NCBI RefSeq assembly: GCF_006345805.1
Contig: NC_043009.1
Location: 61,318,001-61,382,000, forward strand
Length of the DNA: 64,000 bases
DNA from: Octopus sinensis
Lineage: Eukaryota
Direction: 5' to 3'
Position numbers and translations under genes: made by a program. The notes under the pieces were generated by a model. It did no database searches and had not been told where the DNA came from. It saw only the letters and a program-made list of their open reading frames with translations. Below are positions 52,518 through 64,000 of this stretch, piece after piece; within the stretch, counting starts at the first letter, position 1, and every line of letters begins with the position of its first letter.

Positions 52518-55500
52518 GGAATTAGATAATCAGTTACATAAATTCCAGTACTTGACCAGTACTTTATTTTACCAACCCCAAAAGAATGAAAGGCAATGTT
52601 GACCTCAGCAGAAATTGAACTCAGAATGTTAAGAGCCGTAAGAAATACAGCTAAGTGTTTTATCCAGCATGCTAGCAATTCAGCCAGTTCTGTGCCTTCT
52701 GACGTCAAAATAATAATAAACAGTATTGTTCTCATATAAATAATTTCTATAACCATTAGTGAGTGAGCTTAATGGGCGCCTTTGAAAACTTTATTTTCAT
52801 ACTAACTCCACTCTCCGTCCTCTCCTCCCTCTCTCTCCTCCCCCTCTCTCTTCTTCCGCTTCACTCTCTCTCTCTCTCTCCTCCCTCTCTCTTTTTCCGC
52901 TTCTCTCTCTCTCTCCTTCAAGTTAAACGCAATGTGAGCTGAATTCGGTACAGCAAGCTAACAAAAGCTCTGCCAATTTCTCAGTATTTCCATTACTTCT
53001 TGAACATCTGAGAGCAAGAACATCTCACTGATGGATGCCATGTAACAAAATATGAACTCCTAACCCTTAAGCCGGCAATTAGACTTCATACTAACAGCCA
53101 GCCACCGCTAACATCAACAGCAATTAATTTACTGAGATTAAGGAATATAACTCTTTTTCCTCTTAGCAGAGTTACTTCCCTTGATAATTTTGTTTTATAT
53201 GCGAAATAGGTTAATATTGTTTAGCTTGAGGTTAGCTTTGGTTGAATACACCTATGACCAAGGACGTTCTAACCGTGACAATCACATTCTCTTTTTTATA
53301 AATGATAGGGTGCAATCTGAGAGAGATTTGGTTACTATTTCTAGCATCATAGAAACATTTATAACTTTTCTCGAGGACTAGCAGTTTCAGGAAAACTAAA
53401 TGGCTTTCTTGCAAGAATTGACATGGATTCAAACTCGACTTGTTCAACTGTCCCTACCAGTAGCTGAGCGTTCCTCTGAACTGTTACTCGACCTGAGAGA
53501 AATAGCAGCCAAATTTTCCTCAGGTTGCTCCCCAATTTATTAAAAAGCAGATGCATTAGACAACGTAGTCCCAGCTAATTCCCCACCAAAACGATGAGAC
53601 AGTCATGGTCAGATTGCTTTTGATCACAGGCTTGCTCCATAAGGAGTGACCTGTTTCTAAACATCAACAGCAGGATGAGATACTGTGCAGTATTTAATTC
53701 TGTTTCTCTACATTCTAAGGTCAAAACAGACACAGGGGACTTCACAGATAATAATTCTATACCAGTCATGCACAGCGGCCAATTAACTTCACACAACCCC
53801 TTATCATCATCATCATTGTCCTCGGCGTTTAATGTCCGCTTTCCATGCTGTCATGGGTTGAACGGTTTGACTGAGGACTGGCAAGCCAGTAGAGTAGGCT
53901 GCACAAGGCTCCAATCTGATCTGGCAAGGTTTCAAGATCTCATATTTTGGCAATGGGGGCCCAAGTTAATTAAATCATCCACCACCACCCACACCCAGTA
54001 TTTCACTGAAGTTTTATTATACCAATCAGTAAAACTGACCTCAGTTAGATTTGAACTCACAACATTATCCAATGCTAAAAGTTATATTGCTTATCGTCAA
54101 AATGCCATGAATTCTACAACTTCGACTACCCTTTAGGTATTTTTGTCCATCCACTTCTCCAATGATTGCAATGTCTTAAAACTACTGATTTCTATCAATC
54201 TACCTCCCTCAGGGTATTTCTATTCACCCTTCTACATTGCCTGCCACTCCACCACCTGGGTATCAACAACATATTGATAAGAGATTTTTACATAATGACT
54301 TCTTGCAAAAAACAACAACAAAAACAAAAACAATAACAACAACAAAAACAAAAATAACTTGCAACAAGATATTCTAAACGAATGGTGGTCGCTTTTAATT
54401 AGTTTCATAAAATCTCAATTAAAATTATTCTAACCTCATTATCTATTCTAACCTCGTTAACTGATCGATGCGTTTAGTAAGAGACTTACAGAGAAATTTC
54501 CTCAAAAGCTAAATTAACATTGGTATTCCTGTTTCTTCCTTGTATTTTCTTTTTTTTCCATCTTTGTTGTTCAAATCTTCATTCTACTGGAAAGCCACTT
54601 GGTTTAGGTTCAATCTTCTCAAGAAACACCACAAACTGACAGCTGCAATTCAGGCAACAGTCGTTTTGCTTTTTGTTTGGGTTTTTTGATTTTTTGGGTT
54701 TTTATTTTTCCATATACAGTATAAAAAAATCAATATCGTGAGAAACATATTTAAAACTTATTATTGTTGATTTTGTGAGATTTTGTTTTTATTTTTCTTG
54801 CTCTTCTCACAGCACAACTTGAGCACAGCTGTGTATATTGAACATGTACAGTGTTTTTGTTGTTACCTTTTAGTTGTATTCAAAGCACTTTACGTAATCT
54901 GTGTGCAATTCCAAGCAGTGTTCTGTTCTGTATAATTGTGTATGTGCATATCTCCCGCAATTTTAGTTATATAATGTATGTGATGTACCTGTATAATATT
55001 ATTTTCTGCACATTATGTATATATGTGTAGTGACACCTTTCCATGAACTACGAATGGAATTGTGAAGCACCCATCCAGTGCCAACTCATTTGTTTGTATG
55101 TATGTATGTATGTATGTATGTATGTATGCATGTATATATGTGTATGTGTATCTTCTATCTTTTTAATTATTATAAATCTTCCACTGAGGAGGGAGCCAGT
55201 TTCCAACAAAGATACAAGGTTCCATCTTTGGGGTATAGTTAACACAGACAAATTCGCATTTGGAACTGGAGAAAAGTCTTGCATATTTTTACTGTTCCAC
55301 TCACAGATTGCACTTGTACTGTACAAATTAGCCAGTCGAATTCTCTTTCTGAAAATCCCAGTTTATCCAGATTCTCCTTTGAGCATTTACTAACAAAACC
55401 TAGTGCTCCAATTATTATTGGTATGAATATGAATTCATAGTATGTATATATGTATGTATGTATAGCAAGCAGCTATGCTTCACAGCAGTGAAACATGGGC

Positions 55501-55573
55501 TGTGACAACTGAGGACATGCGTAGGCTTGAAGATTTGGTAGACGGAAACTGAAAGAAGCCCGTCGTATATATG

Positions 55574-55608
<35 letters not shown>

Positions 55609-56227
55609 TTGTGTGTCTGTGTTTGTCCCACTTGCATTGCTTGAGAACCGATGCTGGTGTGTTTACGTCCCCGTAACTTAGCGGTTCAGCAAAAGAGACC
55701 GATAGAATAAGTACTAGGCTTACAAAAAATAAGTCCTGGGGTCGATTTGCTCGACTAAAGGCGGTGCTCCAGCATGGCTGCAGTCAAATGATTGAAACAA
55801 GTAAAAGGAGTATGACCCATTTATTGCATGTAAATTTTAACAACAAAATCTTATGTGGAGCCCTAAGGATCTACGTGATCCTTAGGTTGAGAACCTCCAG
55901 AATACAGTATTTAGGGTTTATCAATAAGTACCTACCAATGATATCGTCCAAGTGTTGTTTATGTATGTAAATCCTGGGATATTCTACTTATGTGCAGTAC
56001 TTGTGTAGGGTCATTTGTTATCTTTTATATATCGCAGGCGTAACTGTCTGGTTAAAAGGTGTGCTTCCCAACCACATGGTCCTAGGTTCAATCTTACAGC
56101 ATGGCACCTTGGGCAAGTGTCTTCCACTGTAACTCTAGGCTGACCAAAGCCTTGCGAGTGGATTTGGGAGAAGGAAACCAAAAGAAGCCTGTCATATATG
56201 CGTGTGTATGTGTGCAAGAGAGAGAGA

Positions 56228-56285
<58 letters not shown>

Positions 56286-56940
56286 AGTTATTTTGCATTA
56301 CTAGTTTCAATCTGTATTAGTGTGCTGTGTAGTGCAAGTGGGAGGAGGATAAAAAGAGAGAAAATGAGGACTTGAGAGAGAAAAAGAGAGTGTGTGTGTG
56401 TGTGAGATAGAGAGAGGGATGGTGGGTGTGTGTGAGAGAGAGAGTGTGTGTGAGAGAGAGAGAGTGTGTGTGAGAGAGTGTGTATGTGTGTGTGAGAGAG
56501 AGAGAGAAAGATATCCTAGCTGCATCTTTGTTTATTTTCTCCCTCTTTTTCTCTTCATTACAATCTCAGCATCATCATCATCATCATTACAACTATCGTC
56601 AGAATTATCCTCCCTCCCTCCAACCCCACCAAATCTATTAATATCATCATCATCATCATCATCACCACCACCATCACCACCACCACCTTCATCATCATCA
56701 TCATCATCATCACCACAACAACACAAAACAAAATCAAAGATCCAAAAATCCACCAAACTGTCACAGATATCAGATATAAACATTATTGATTTATAAATTA
56801 TTGATGTTGTTGTTACTGCTGCTGTTGTCGTTGTTATATTGTCTTAGAGGAAGAAAAAAAAAGTAACATTTCTTGCTTCCCAAAAAAAAAGTCTAAAGAA
56901 ATAAGATGAGAGTTGTTAATTCTCAATGTTCTGACGTTGC

Positions 56941-56971
<31 letters not shown>

Positions 56972-57112
56972 CTTGGATTCTAATTTTCCTCCCCCAGGGA
57001 AGATCTGAGAATGCAAGGTTGGCTTACATACGGCTAATTATCTCAATTAGTGAAATAAATATAAATAAATGAATATATTATAATAATAAATAGATAAATG
57101 TAATTAATCGAT

Positions 57113-57500
57113 AAAGAAGAAGAAGAAGAAGAAAAAGAAGAAGGGAGGAGAAGAAGAAGTGGGGGGAGGAGAAGAAGAAGAAGAAGAAGAAGAAGAAGAA
57201 GAAGAAGAAGGGAGGAGGAGGGGGAGAAGAAGAAGAAGAAGAAGAAGAAGAAGAAGAAGGGAGGAGAAGAATAGGGGGATGAGGGGAGGTGGGGAGGGGG
57301 GAGAAGAAGGAGAAGAAGAGGAGGAGGAAGAAGAAGAAGACGAAGAAGGGGAGGAGGAGGAGGAGGAGGAAGAAGAAGAAGGGAGGAGGAGACGAAGGGA
57401 GGAGGAAGAAAAGAAGGGAGGAGGAGGGAGATGGAGTGGAGAGGAGAGGAGGGAAATTGGAGAGGAGGGGAGGAGAAGAGGGAAGGAGGAGGCCAACAAC
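57113..57500. repeat. Polypurine (GAA/GGA)n tract
   Basis: Direct reading. Confidence 0.95.
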
Positions 57501-58120
57501 GACGACAATGAGGATTGATTTAGGCACAAGGCCATAATTGGAGAGGGGGGGTTAAGTTGATTGCATTGACCCCAGTATTTGAATGGTACTTCATTTTATT
57601 GATCCCAAAGGATGAAAAGAAAGCTTTCGATCACAAAATGCACAGTTGTAGGGCATTGCTCATGAACTCATAAGAGATGGACTGCATACAAGGACCTTCA
57701 CTGCAACCCTAGTTATCAAGCTGGTGCGCAGAGAAGGGACTTCTGGTCAGGCAGTTTCCATCTACCAAATCTACTCACAAGGCTTTGGTCAGCCCTAGGC
57801 TATAGTAGAAGACGCTTTTTATTCATGGTGCCATGCAGTGGGACTGAACCCGGAGCCATGTTGTGTGCATTTGTGTGTATTTTTTGTCCCCCCCCCCCAC
57901 CATCACTTGACAACCGATGTTGGTGTTTACATACCCATAGCTTAGCAGTTTGGCAAAAGAAACCAATAGAATAAGTACTAGGCTTATAAAGAATAAGTCC
58001 TGGGGTCGAATTGTCCAACTAAAGGTGGTGCTCCAGCATGGCCACAGTCAAATGACTGACAAGAGCAAGTAAAAGAGTAAGCATTTTTTGTCCAGCATGC
58101 TAACAATTCTACCAGGTCAT

Positions 58121-58787
58121 TATTACCTCCACCTTAGCAAAGGCAGAGGTATTGTTTTTAGTTGTGTTTGTTTGCCTGTGCACAAGATATCTCAAAAACC
58201 GCTGGATGGATTTGGGTGAAACTTTCAGGATTGTTTGGCCTCATGACTGGCACAAACAGATTAGATTTTAGGATTGATCCGATATTGGACAAGGATTCTG
58301 GATTATTTTTCCATTTTTTTTACTTAATTTTTGAGAGCGGTCAAGTTTATTTCAGATATTCTCATTTTAAAAATCATCTCTGGTTAATTGTTGAGAGGAC
58401 ATTGGTGTTGCCTTGGCAAAGGTTTGAGCTCTCTGAATGCTCTTGCTTTAATTATTATATTGTTACCTCCACCTTAGCATAGGCAGAGGTATTGTTTTCA
58501 GTCGCATTTGTTTGTCCGTGCACAAGATATCTCAAGAACTGCAGGATGGATTTGGGTGAAACTTTCAGGAATGTTTGGCCTCATGACTAGCACACACTGA
58601 TTAGATTTTGGGATCGATCCAATACCAGACAAGGATTCTGGATTATTTTTCCATTTTTTTTACACTTAATTTTTGAGAGCGGTCAAGTTTATTTCAGATA
58701 TTCTCATTTTAAAAATCATCTCTGGTTAATCGTTGAAAGGACATTGGTGTTGCCTTGGCAAAGGTTTGAGCTCTCTGAGTGCTCTTT
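58121..58787 (+). mobile_element. Two tandem HINE/DINE-1-like non-autonomous Helentron elements
   Basis: ~340-bp unit occurs twice, with 5' acctccacc..ggcagaggt, a (gttt/gtcc) repeat, subterminal ccttggcaaaggt and 3' hairpin gagc.ctctgagtgctc. Confidence 0.7.
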
Positions 58788-59054
58788 TTGGTATTACTAT
58801 TATAATACAATGAATTCTAAATTTTGGCTCGAGGCCAGCAATTTTGGGGAGTCGGTAAGTCTATTACCTCAACCCCAGTGCTCAACTGGTACTTATTTGA
58901 TCCTTCTTGAAAAGATGAAAGGTAAAGTTGACCTCGGCAGAATTGGAACTCAGAACGTAAAGATAAACCAAATGCCAGCAAGTATTTTGTCCAGCATGTT
59001 AACCATTGTGCCAGCTCACTGCCTTTATTATTATCATTATTATTATTATTATTA

Positions 59055-59101
<47 letters not shown>

Positions 59102-59544
59102 AGATGACAAGCTCACAGAATCGTTAGCATGCTGGATGAAGTGCTTAGCAGTATTTGCCCATCGTGACATTCTGACTTCAAATTCTGCCGAGGTCGACTT
59201 TGCCCTTCATCCTTTTGGGGTTGATAAAATAAGTACCAGCGAAACACTGGGGGTCAATGTAGTCGACTTATCCCCTCCCCCAAAATAGCTGCCCTTGTGG
59301 AAAAATCTGAAACCATTATTATTATATATTATTATTATTATTATTATTATTACATGTTGTTGTTGTTGCTGTTCATTGTTTAACGTCCAGCTTCCATGCT
59401 GGCATATGTGGGATGGCAGGACTTCTGTGTCTGTTTCGGAAGGGTTTTTACAGATGGTTGCCCTTCCTAACACCAACCACTCCACAGTGGACTTAGGGCT
59501 TTTAACATGGCACAAGCACAGGTGAGGTCAGTTTTGGCAAGATT

Positions 59545-59812
59545 TGGGGATGTGCTGTGGTTTGTTGTGATGCTATTATTTATTGAAAGTGTTTTACATA
59601 GGATGTATGCAGTACCTAGTTGTGCTATTTTCTATATGTTAGTCCTGGTGTTTTTGTTATGTATTTGTCTGTATATTTTATCATACCTTATGCACCTACT
59701 ATGACAGGAATTGTTTCTGTCTTTAGACTTCACATTCGAGTTAACTCTATTTCCAGGCCTTTGTATTTTGAAAGTTTCTCCATTTTTTTAGAGAAACGTT
59801 GTCATCTGTTGG
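59545..59812 (-). mobile_element. R4/Dong-clade RLE LINE 3' end
   Basis: PTDDNVSLK-MEKLSKYKGLEIELTRM*SLKTETIPVIVGA*GMIK...KIAQLGTAYILCKTLS. Confidence 0.8.
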
Positions 59813-59849
59813 TTGACTATATCACCTGGCTGACTATATCACCTGGTTG

Positions 59850-60250
59850 ACTGTATGGGTAACAAGGCTATAGCTGACACTGCCAGATAATTTGAGCATC
59901 TCTGCAGTAATTCCTAATGGGCCAGGAGCTTTCCCTGTCTTCATACCCTTAATTGCTTTATCTACCAAGACACTGTCAATTCAGATAGCTGGTCCCTCTG
60001 TTGGGTCGGCATTCAGCAGGCTCTCTTTCTCCCACTTATTATCTTTATTTAGCAACCTTTCATAGTGGCATCTCCACACTTCTCTCTTTGCATCCTCATT
60101 CAGCGCAAGTGAACCATCATCCATGAGGACACATTTCTCTCCTATGACATCATGATTCTCTCTCACACACTGTCTCGCAGCACGAAATACCTCAAGTCTT
60201 TGGTCCTCACAGTGCAGAACATTGGCAAATTTTTTCTTATCTGCTTCCCC
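59850..60250 (-). mobile_element. RTE LINE internal (pre-RT) fragment
   Basis: EVFRAARQCVRENHDVIGEKCV...KREVWRCHYERLLN...AIKGMKTGKAPGPLGITAEMLK. Confidence 0.85.
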
Positions 60251-60251
60251 C

Positions 60252-60290
<39 letters not shown>

Positions 60291-60834
60291 TTCTGATTTA
60301 AGTAAAAGGCCGGCATTTTTGAGAGGAGTGAACAAATCAATACTATCAGTCACAGTACTTGACTAGTACTTTATTTTACTGACCCCAAAAGGATAAGAGG
60401 CAAAACTAAATCCAGCAGGATTTGAACTCTGAATACTGCAGAGTATTTTTTTCAGATATTCTAGCAATTCTGCCAATCTGCTGCCATAATGATAATGTTT
60501 GTTTCAAATTTTGGTACCAGGCCAGCAGTTTTAGCAGGAAGGGTTAGTCAATTTAATCAACCCCAGTCTTTGAGAGGCACTTTATTTTATCAACCCCCAA
60601 AAGGACAGTTGATTCCAGTTGGATTTGAACTCAGGATATAAAGAGTGAGTAGAAATACCACAAGGCATTTTGACCAATGCCCAAATGATTATTTCCACAA
60701 AAAAAAATTAATTAGCAAATAATTTCCTCCCTCCCATCTTCTTCCCAATATAACAAACTGACCCCCCCACACACACACACGCACATATATATATATGTAT
60801 GTATGTGTCTGTATGTATATGTGTATATGTATAC

Positions 60835-60871
<37 letters not shown>

Positions 60872-60939
60872 ATATTATATATATACATATACATATATCA
60901 TCATCATCATTTAACATCCGCTTTCCATGCTAGCATCGG

Positions 60940-60970
<31 letters not shown>

Positions 60971-60989
60971 TCATATCTATATTATATAT

Positions 60990-61032
<43 letters not shown>

Positions 61033-61085
61033 AGGGCAACTTTCTAGGTGCAATCCCATGGTCATTCATGACCGAAGGGGGTCTT

Positions 61086-61128
<43 letters not shown>

Positions 61129-61399
61129 TATCTATATTTTTATATATATATAAATATTGGTAGTGAATCTTATTATTTGGCGGGAAGTAGTTTATTGATA
61201 AACTGGACAGTGGTCTAACTGAACAGGGCACAAACCTAATTGAGTTTGACAGTAACCCAATTAAAGATGATACTGACCTAATTAAGCAGGAAAAAATGGC
61301 CTCATTACACATGTGAGCAACTCAATTCAACTGAAACAGTACCCTAATGGAACCAAACAGTTGTCTTATGAACAAAATATTAATAACAACATTAAGTAT

Positions 61400-61448
61400 G
61401 CAGATTAAAACAAAAAAAAAATTAAACAAACAATTAACAAACTTTAAT
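61400..61448 (-). terminator. Candidate DNAI4 polyadenylation signal
   Basis: ATTAAA on the minus strand (plus tttaat 61443-61448) is followed by a U/GU-rich tract, ~470 nt after the stop. An alternative AATAAA lies at 61191-61196. Confidence 0.35.
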
Positions 61449-61633
61449 TAATAAAAAAACACTAATTTTTGTTCGTCCTTTCTTTCTTTTCAATCTTGGT
61501 AGAAAATGGAGTAATTTCCTTCGTAAAATATATAATTATTACATTCCGAAACCTGTTGTTGATGTTGCTGTGGTTGTTGTCAATGTTGTTGTTTAAAATC
61601 CAGGTCAGCCTTGCCCACCCAAGCAGACTTTGA

Positions 61634-61845
61634 GGTGTGTCTTATATTCAAAGGAGGTGTTTCTTATACTCAGGAGAGGTGTGTACCTTCTATTCAGCTG
61701 AGGTGTGCTTTTTTGCTATTCGCAGATGTTTCTTTGACTGTGTGAAGGTGTGTCTTTTGTTCAACGGACGGAGTCTCTTTTCTTCATGGACGGAGTTTCT
61801 TTTTTTCATGGACGGAGTTTCTTTTCTTCATGGACGGAGTCTTTC
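61634..61845. repeat. ~22-bp minisatellite in the DNAI4 3' UTR
   Basis: catggacggagtttcttttctt x3-4, grading into degenerate gaggtgtgtctt units. Confidence 0.75.
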
Positions 61846-61913
61846 AATCTGTGGAGGTAGTCTTGTACGGTGCAACAGAGTGTATTTTCACTCAGTGAAT
61901 GCAGCCACTTCAG

Positions 61914-62027
61914 TTAAGACTGTGATGAATGTTCAGTATCCTTACAGCCAACAATATTCTCGGCTTCAGCAGGATTACAGAGTTGGGTGGCAAGGGAAAC
62001 AGTCAGGATTTTGGTGAGAATGTCTCG
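61914..62027 (-). CDS. DNAI4: Terminal coding exon of DNAI4/WDR78 homolog
   Basis: Strong acceptor tttgttttctctgtttcAG at 62028-62029. The phase-0 frame gives RDILTKILTVSLATQLCNPAEAENIVGCKDTEHSSQS* (TAA 61914-61916), in frame with the upstream exon and resembling the WDR78 C-terminal helix. Confidence 0.75.
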   Translation of the reverse strand, partial: RDILTKILTVSLATQLCNPAEAENIVGCKDTEHSSQS

Positions 62028-62161
62028 CTGAAACAGAGAAAACAAATGTCGTTAGATTACATCATGAGATATAGACGACACCATAATGCCATGTGGGACA
62101 TAAGATGTCATGAGATACATGTGATGTCATGTGGTACAGATGGTGTTATGCAGTTATGTTA

Positions 62162-62547
62162 TTCTTTTATTCTTTTACTTGTTTCAGTCATTTGACTGTG
62201 GCCATGCTGGAGCACCGCCTTTAGTTGAGCAAATTGACCCCAGGACTTATTCTTTGAAAGCCTAGTACTTATTCTATCGGTCTCTTTTGCTAAACCGCTA
62301 AGTTATGGGAGCGTAAACGCACCAGCATCAGTTGTCAAGTGATATTGGGGGAACAAACATAGACACACGCACTCACACATATATGACAGGCTTCCTTCAG
62401 TTTCCGTCTACCAAATATACTCACAAGGCTTTGGTCAGCCCAAGGCTATAGTAGAAGACACTTGCCCAAGGTGCCACACAATGGGACTGAACCTGGAACG
62501 ATGTGGTTGGTAAGCAAGCTACTTACCACACAAAAACTCCTGCACCT
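62162..62547 (-). mobile_element. CORE-type SINE in the last DNAI4 intron
   Basis: Full family B match. Confidence 0.9.
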
Positions 62548-62972
62548 GGATACAAATAATCCTTTCCACTAAAGGCACAAGACCTGAAATTTTGGAGGAG
62601 GGGACTAACAAAAATTTTGGAGGAGGGGACTAGTCAATTACATCAACCCCAGTGTTTCACCGGTACTTAATTTATCAAACCCCGAAAGGATGAAAGGCAA
62701 AGTCGACCTCAGAGGAATTTGAACTCAGAATGTAACAACAGTGCACTAACGGTTCTGCCAGCTCGCCACCTTGTTATTGGGTACAAATAATCCTTTCTAC
62801 TGAAGACACAAGGCCTTGAATTTGTCGGGAAGGGACTAGTCAATTACATCGACCCCAGTGCATAACTGGTACTTATTTAATCAACCCTGAAAGGATGAAA
62901 GGAAAAGTTGACCTCGGCAGAATTTGAACTCAGAACATAACGGCAGATGAAATACCGCTAAGCATATGTATC

Positions 62973-63010
<38 letters not shown>

Positions 63011-63499
63011 CACAGGCGTGGTTGTGCGGTAAGAAGCTTGCTTTCCTACCACATGATCCTGGGTTCAGGTTCACTGTGTGGCACCTTGTCAAGTGTCTTC
63101 AACTAAAGCCTCAAGCCAACCAAAGCCTTGTGAGTGGATTTAGTAGACTTAGTGGTTTACCAAAGAGACCAAAAGAACAAGTACAAGTAAAACAAAAGGT
63201 ACTAGGGTCGATTGATTCGGCTAAAATCCTTCAAGGCAGTGCTCCAGGATGGCCACAGATTAACGACTGAAACAAGTAAAAGATAAAAGATAAGATATCT
63301 ATGTACACTGGGCTTCTTTCAGTTTCCCTCTACCAAATCCACTCAGAATGTTTTGGTTGCTCTGGGGCTATAGTAGAAAAACACTTGCCCCAGGTGACAT
63401 GCAGTGGGATTGATCCCAGGTTCACATGCTTAGGAAGCAAGCTTCTTAGCCACACAACCACACTCGTGCCTGTACATGTATATAAGTATGCATGAGTCT

Positions 63500-63796
63500 A
63501 TGTGTGTGTGTGTGTGTGTATGTGTGTGTGTGCATGTGTCTGTGTCTGTGTGTGTGTGTGCGTGTCTGTGTGTGTGTGTGCGTGTGTCTGTGTGTGTGTC
63601 TGTGTGTGCGTGTGTCTGTGTGTGTGTGTGTGCGTGTGTGTGTGTGTGTCTCTGTGTGTGCGTGTGTCTGTGTGTGTGTGCGTGTGTCTGTGTGTGTGTC
63701 TGTGTGTGTGTATGTGTGTGCGTGTGTCTGTGTGTGTGTGTGTCTGTGTGTCTGTGTGCGTGTGTCTGTGTGTGTGTCTGTGTGTGTGTGTGTGTC
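63500..63796. repeat. (TG)n-derived microsatellite next to the DNAI4 donor site
   Basis: Direct reading. Confidence 0.95.
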
Positions 63797-63811
63797 GTGT
63801 ATGCTCCTTAC

Positions 63812-63895
63812 CTGTTCGGCAATCGGGGGAGGTGAAGGCATGTTCTCCAACTGCAGCACTGTCACATTCCCTCCGCTGTCACCGACCAACAGACA
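63812..63895 (-). CDS. DNAI4: Penultimate coding exon of dynein axonemal intermediate chain 4 (WDR78) homolog
   Basis: Minus strand reads ttctatttccAG|TGT...GAACAG|GTaagg. It is 84 nt, phase 0/0, encoding [28 protein letters not shown]. This matches the remembered last WD40 repeat of WDR78 (human ~CLLVGDSDGQVSVYELRNMP). Confidence 0.85.
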
Positions 63896-64000
63896 CTGGA
63901 AATAGAAATGCAGGGACCGGCATTGTAACGCATCATTGCACACACTTATAATCACTACTACATCAACAAACGCTATCACCACCAACATCATTCCCACCAC

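Noticed and set aside
63446-64000. 184-aa ORF as a whole
   Set aside because: Only 63812-63895 is exon; the rest is intron and (CA)n read-through

Overview
Repeat-saturated animal genomic DNA, very likely octopus. This is inferred from the tRNA-derived SINE families, (GAT)n-tailed RTE LINEs and extreme microsatellite load. The only protein-coding gene I can support is the 3' end of a dynein axonemal intermediate chain 4 (DNAI4/WDR78) homolog on the minus strand: exons 63812-63895 and 61914-62027 join in frame with canonical GT-AG. The other ~61 kb is intergenic or intronic. It holds dozens of SINEs; fossils of RTE, CR1, CRE, R4/Dong and Penelope retroelements; a Tigger transposase fossil; hAT, mariner, Tigger and piggyBac-type MITEs; a tandem HINE-like pair; and mini/microsatellites. 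Nearly all ORFs in the supplied track are repeat artefacts. The most intriguing unexplained signal is a cluster of five diverged ~90-bp modules at 3.46-7.2 kb with fixed-spacing conserved blocks and a covarying stem (ATCC..GGAT vs AGCC..GGCT). Other notable signals are decayed minimal hammerhead ribozymes, twin ~80-bp foldbacks, two CR1 insertions at the same SINE position, a local duplicate fused to a CR1 tail, and splice signals hinting at an unannotated plus-strand transcript with microexons. Family assignments come from remembered motifs, not database searches.
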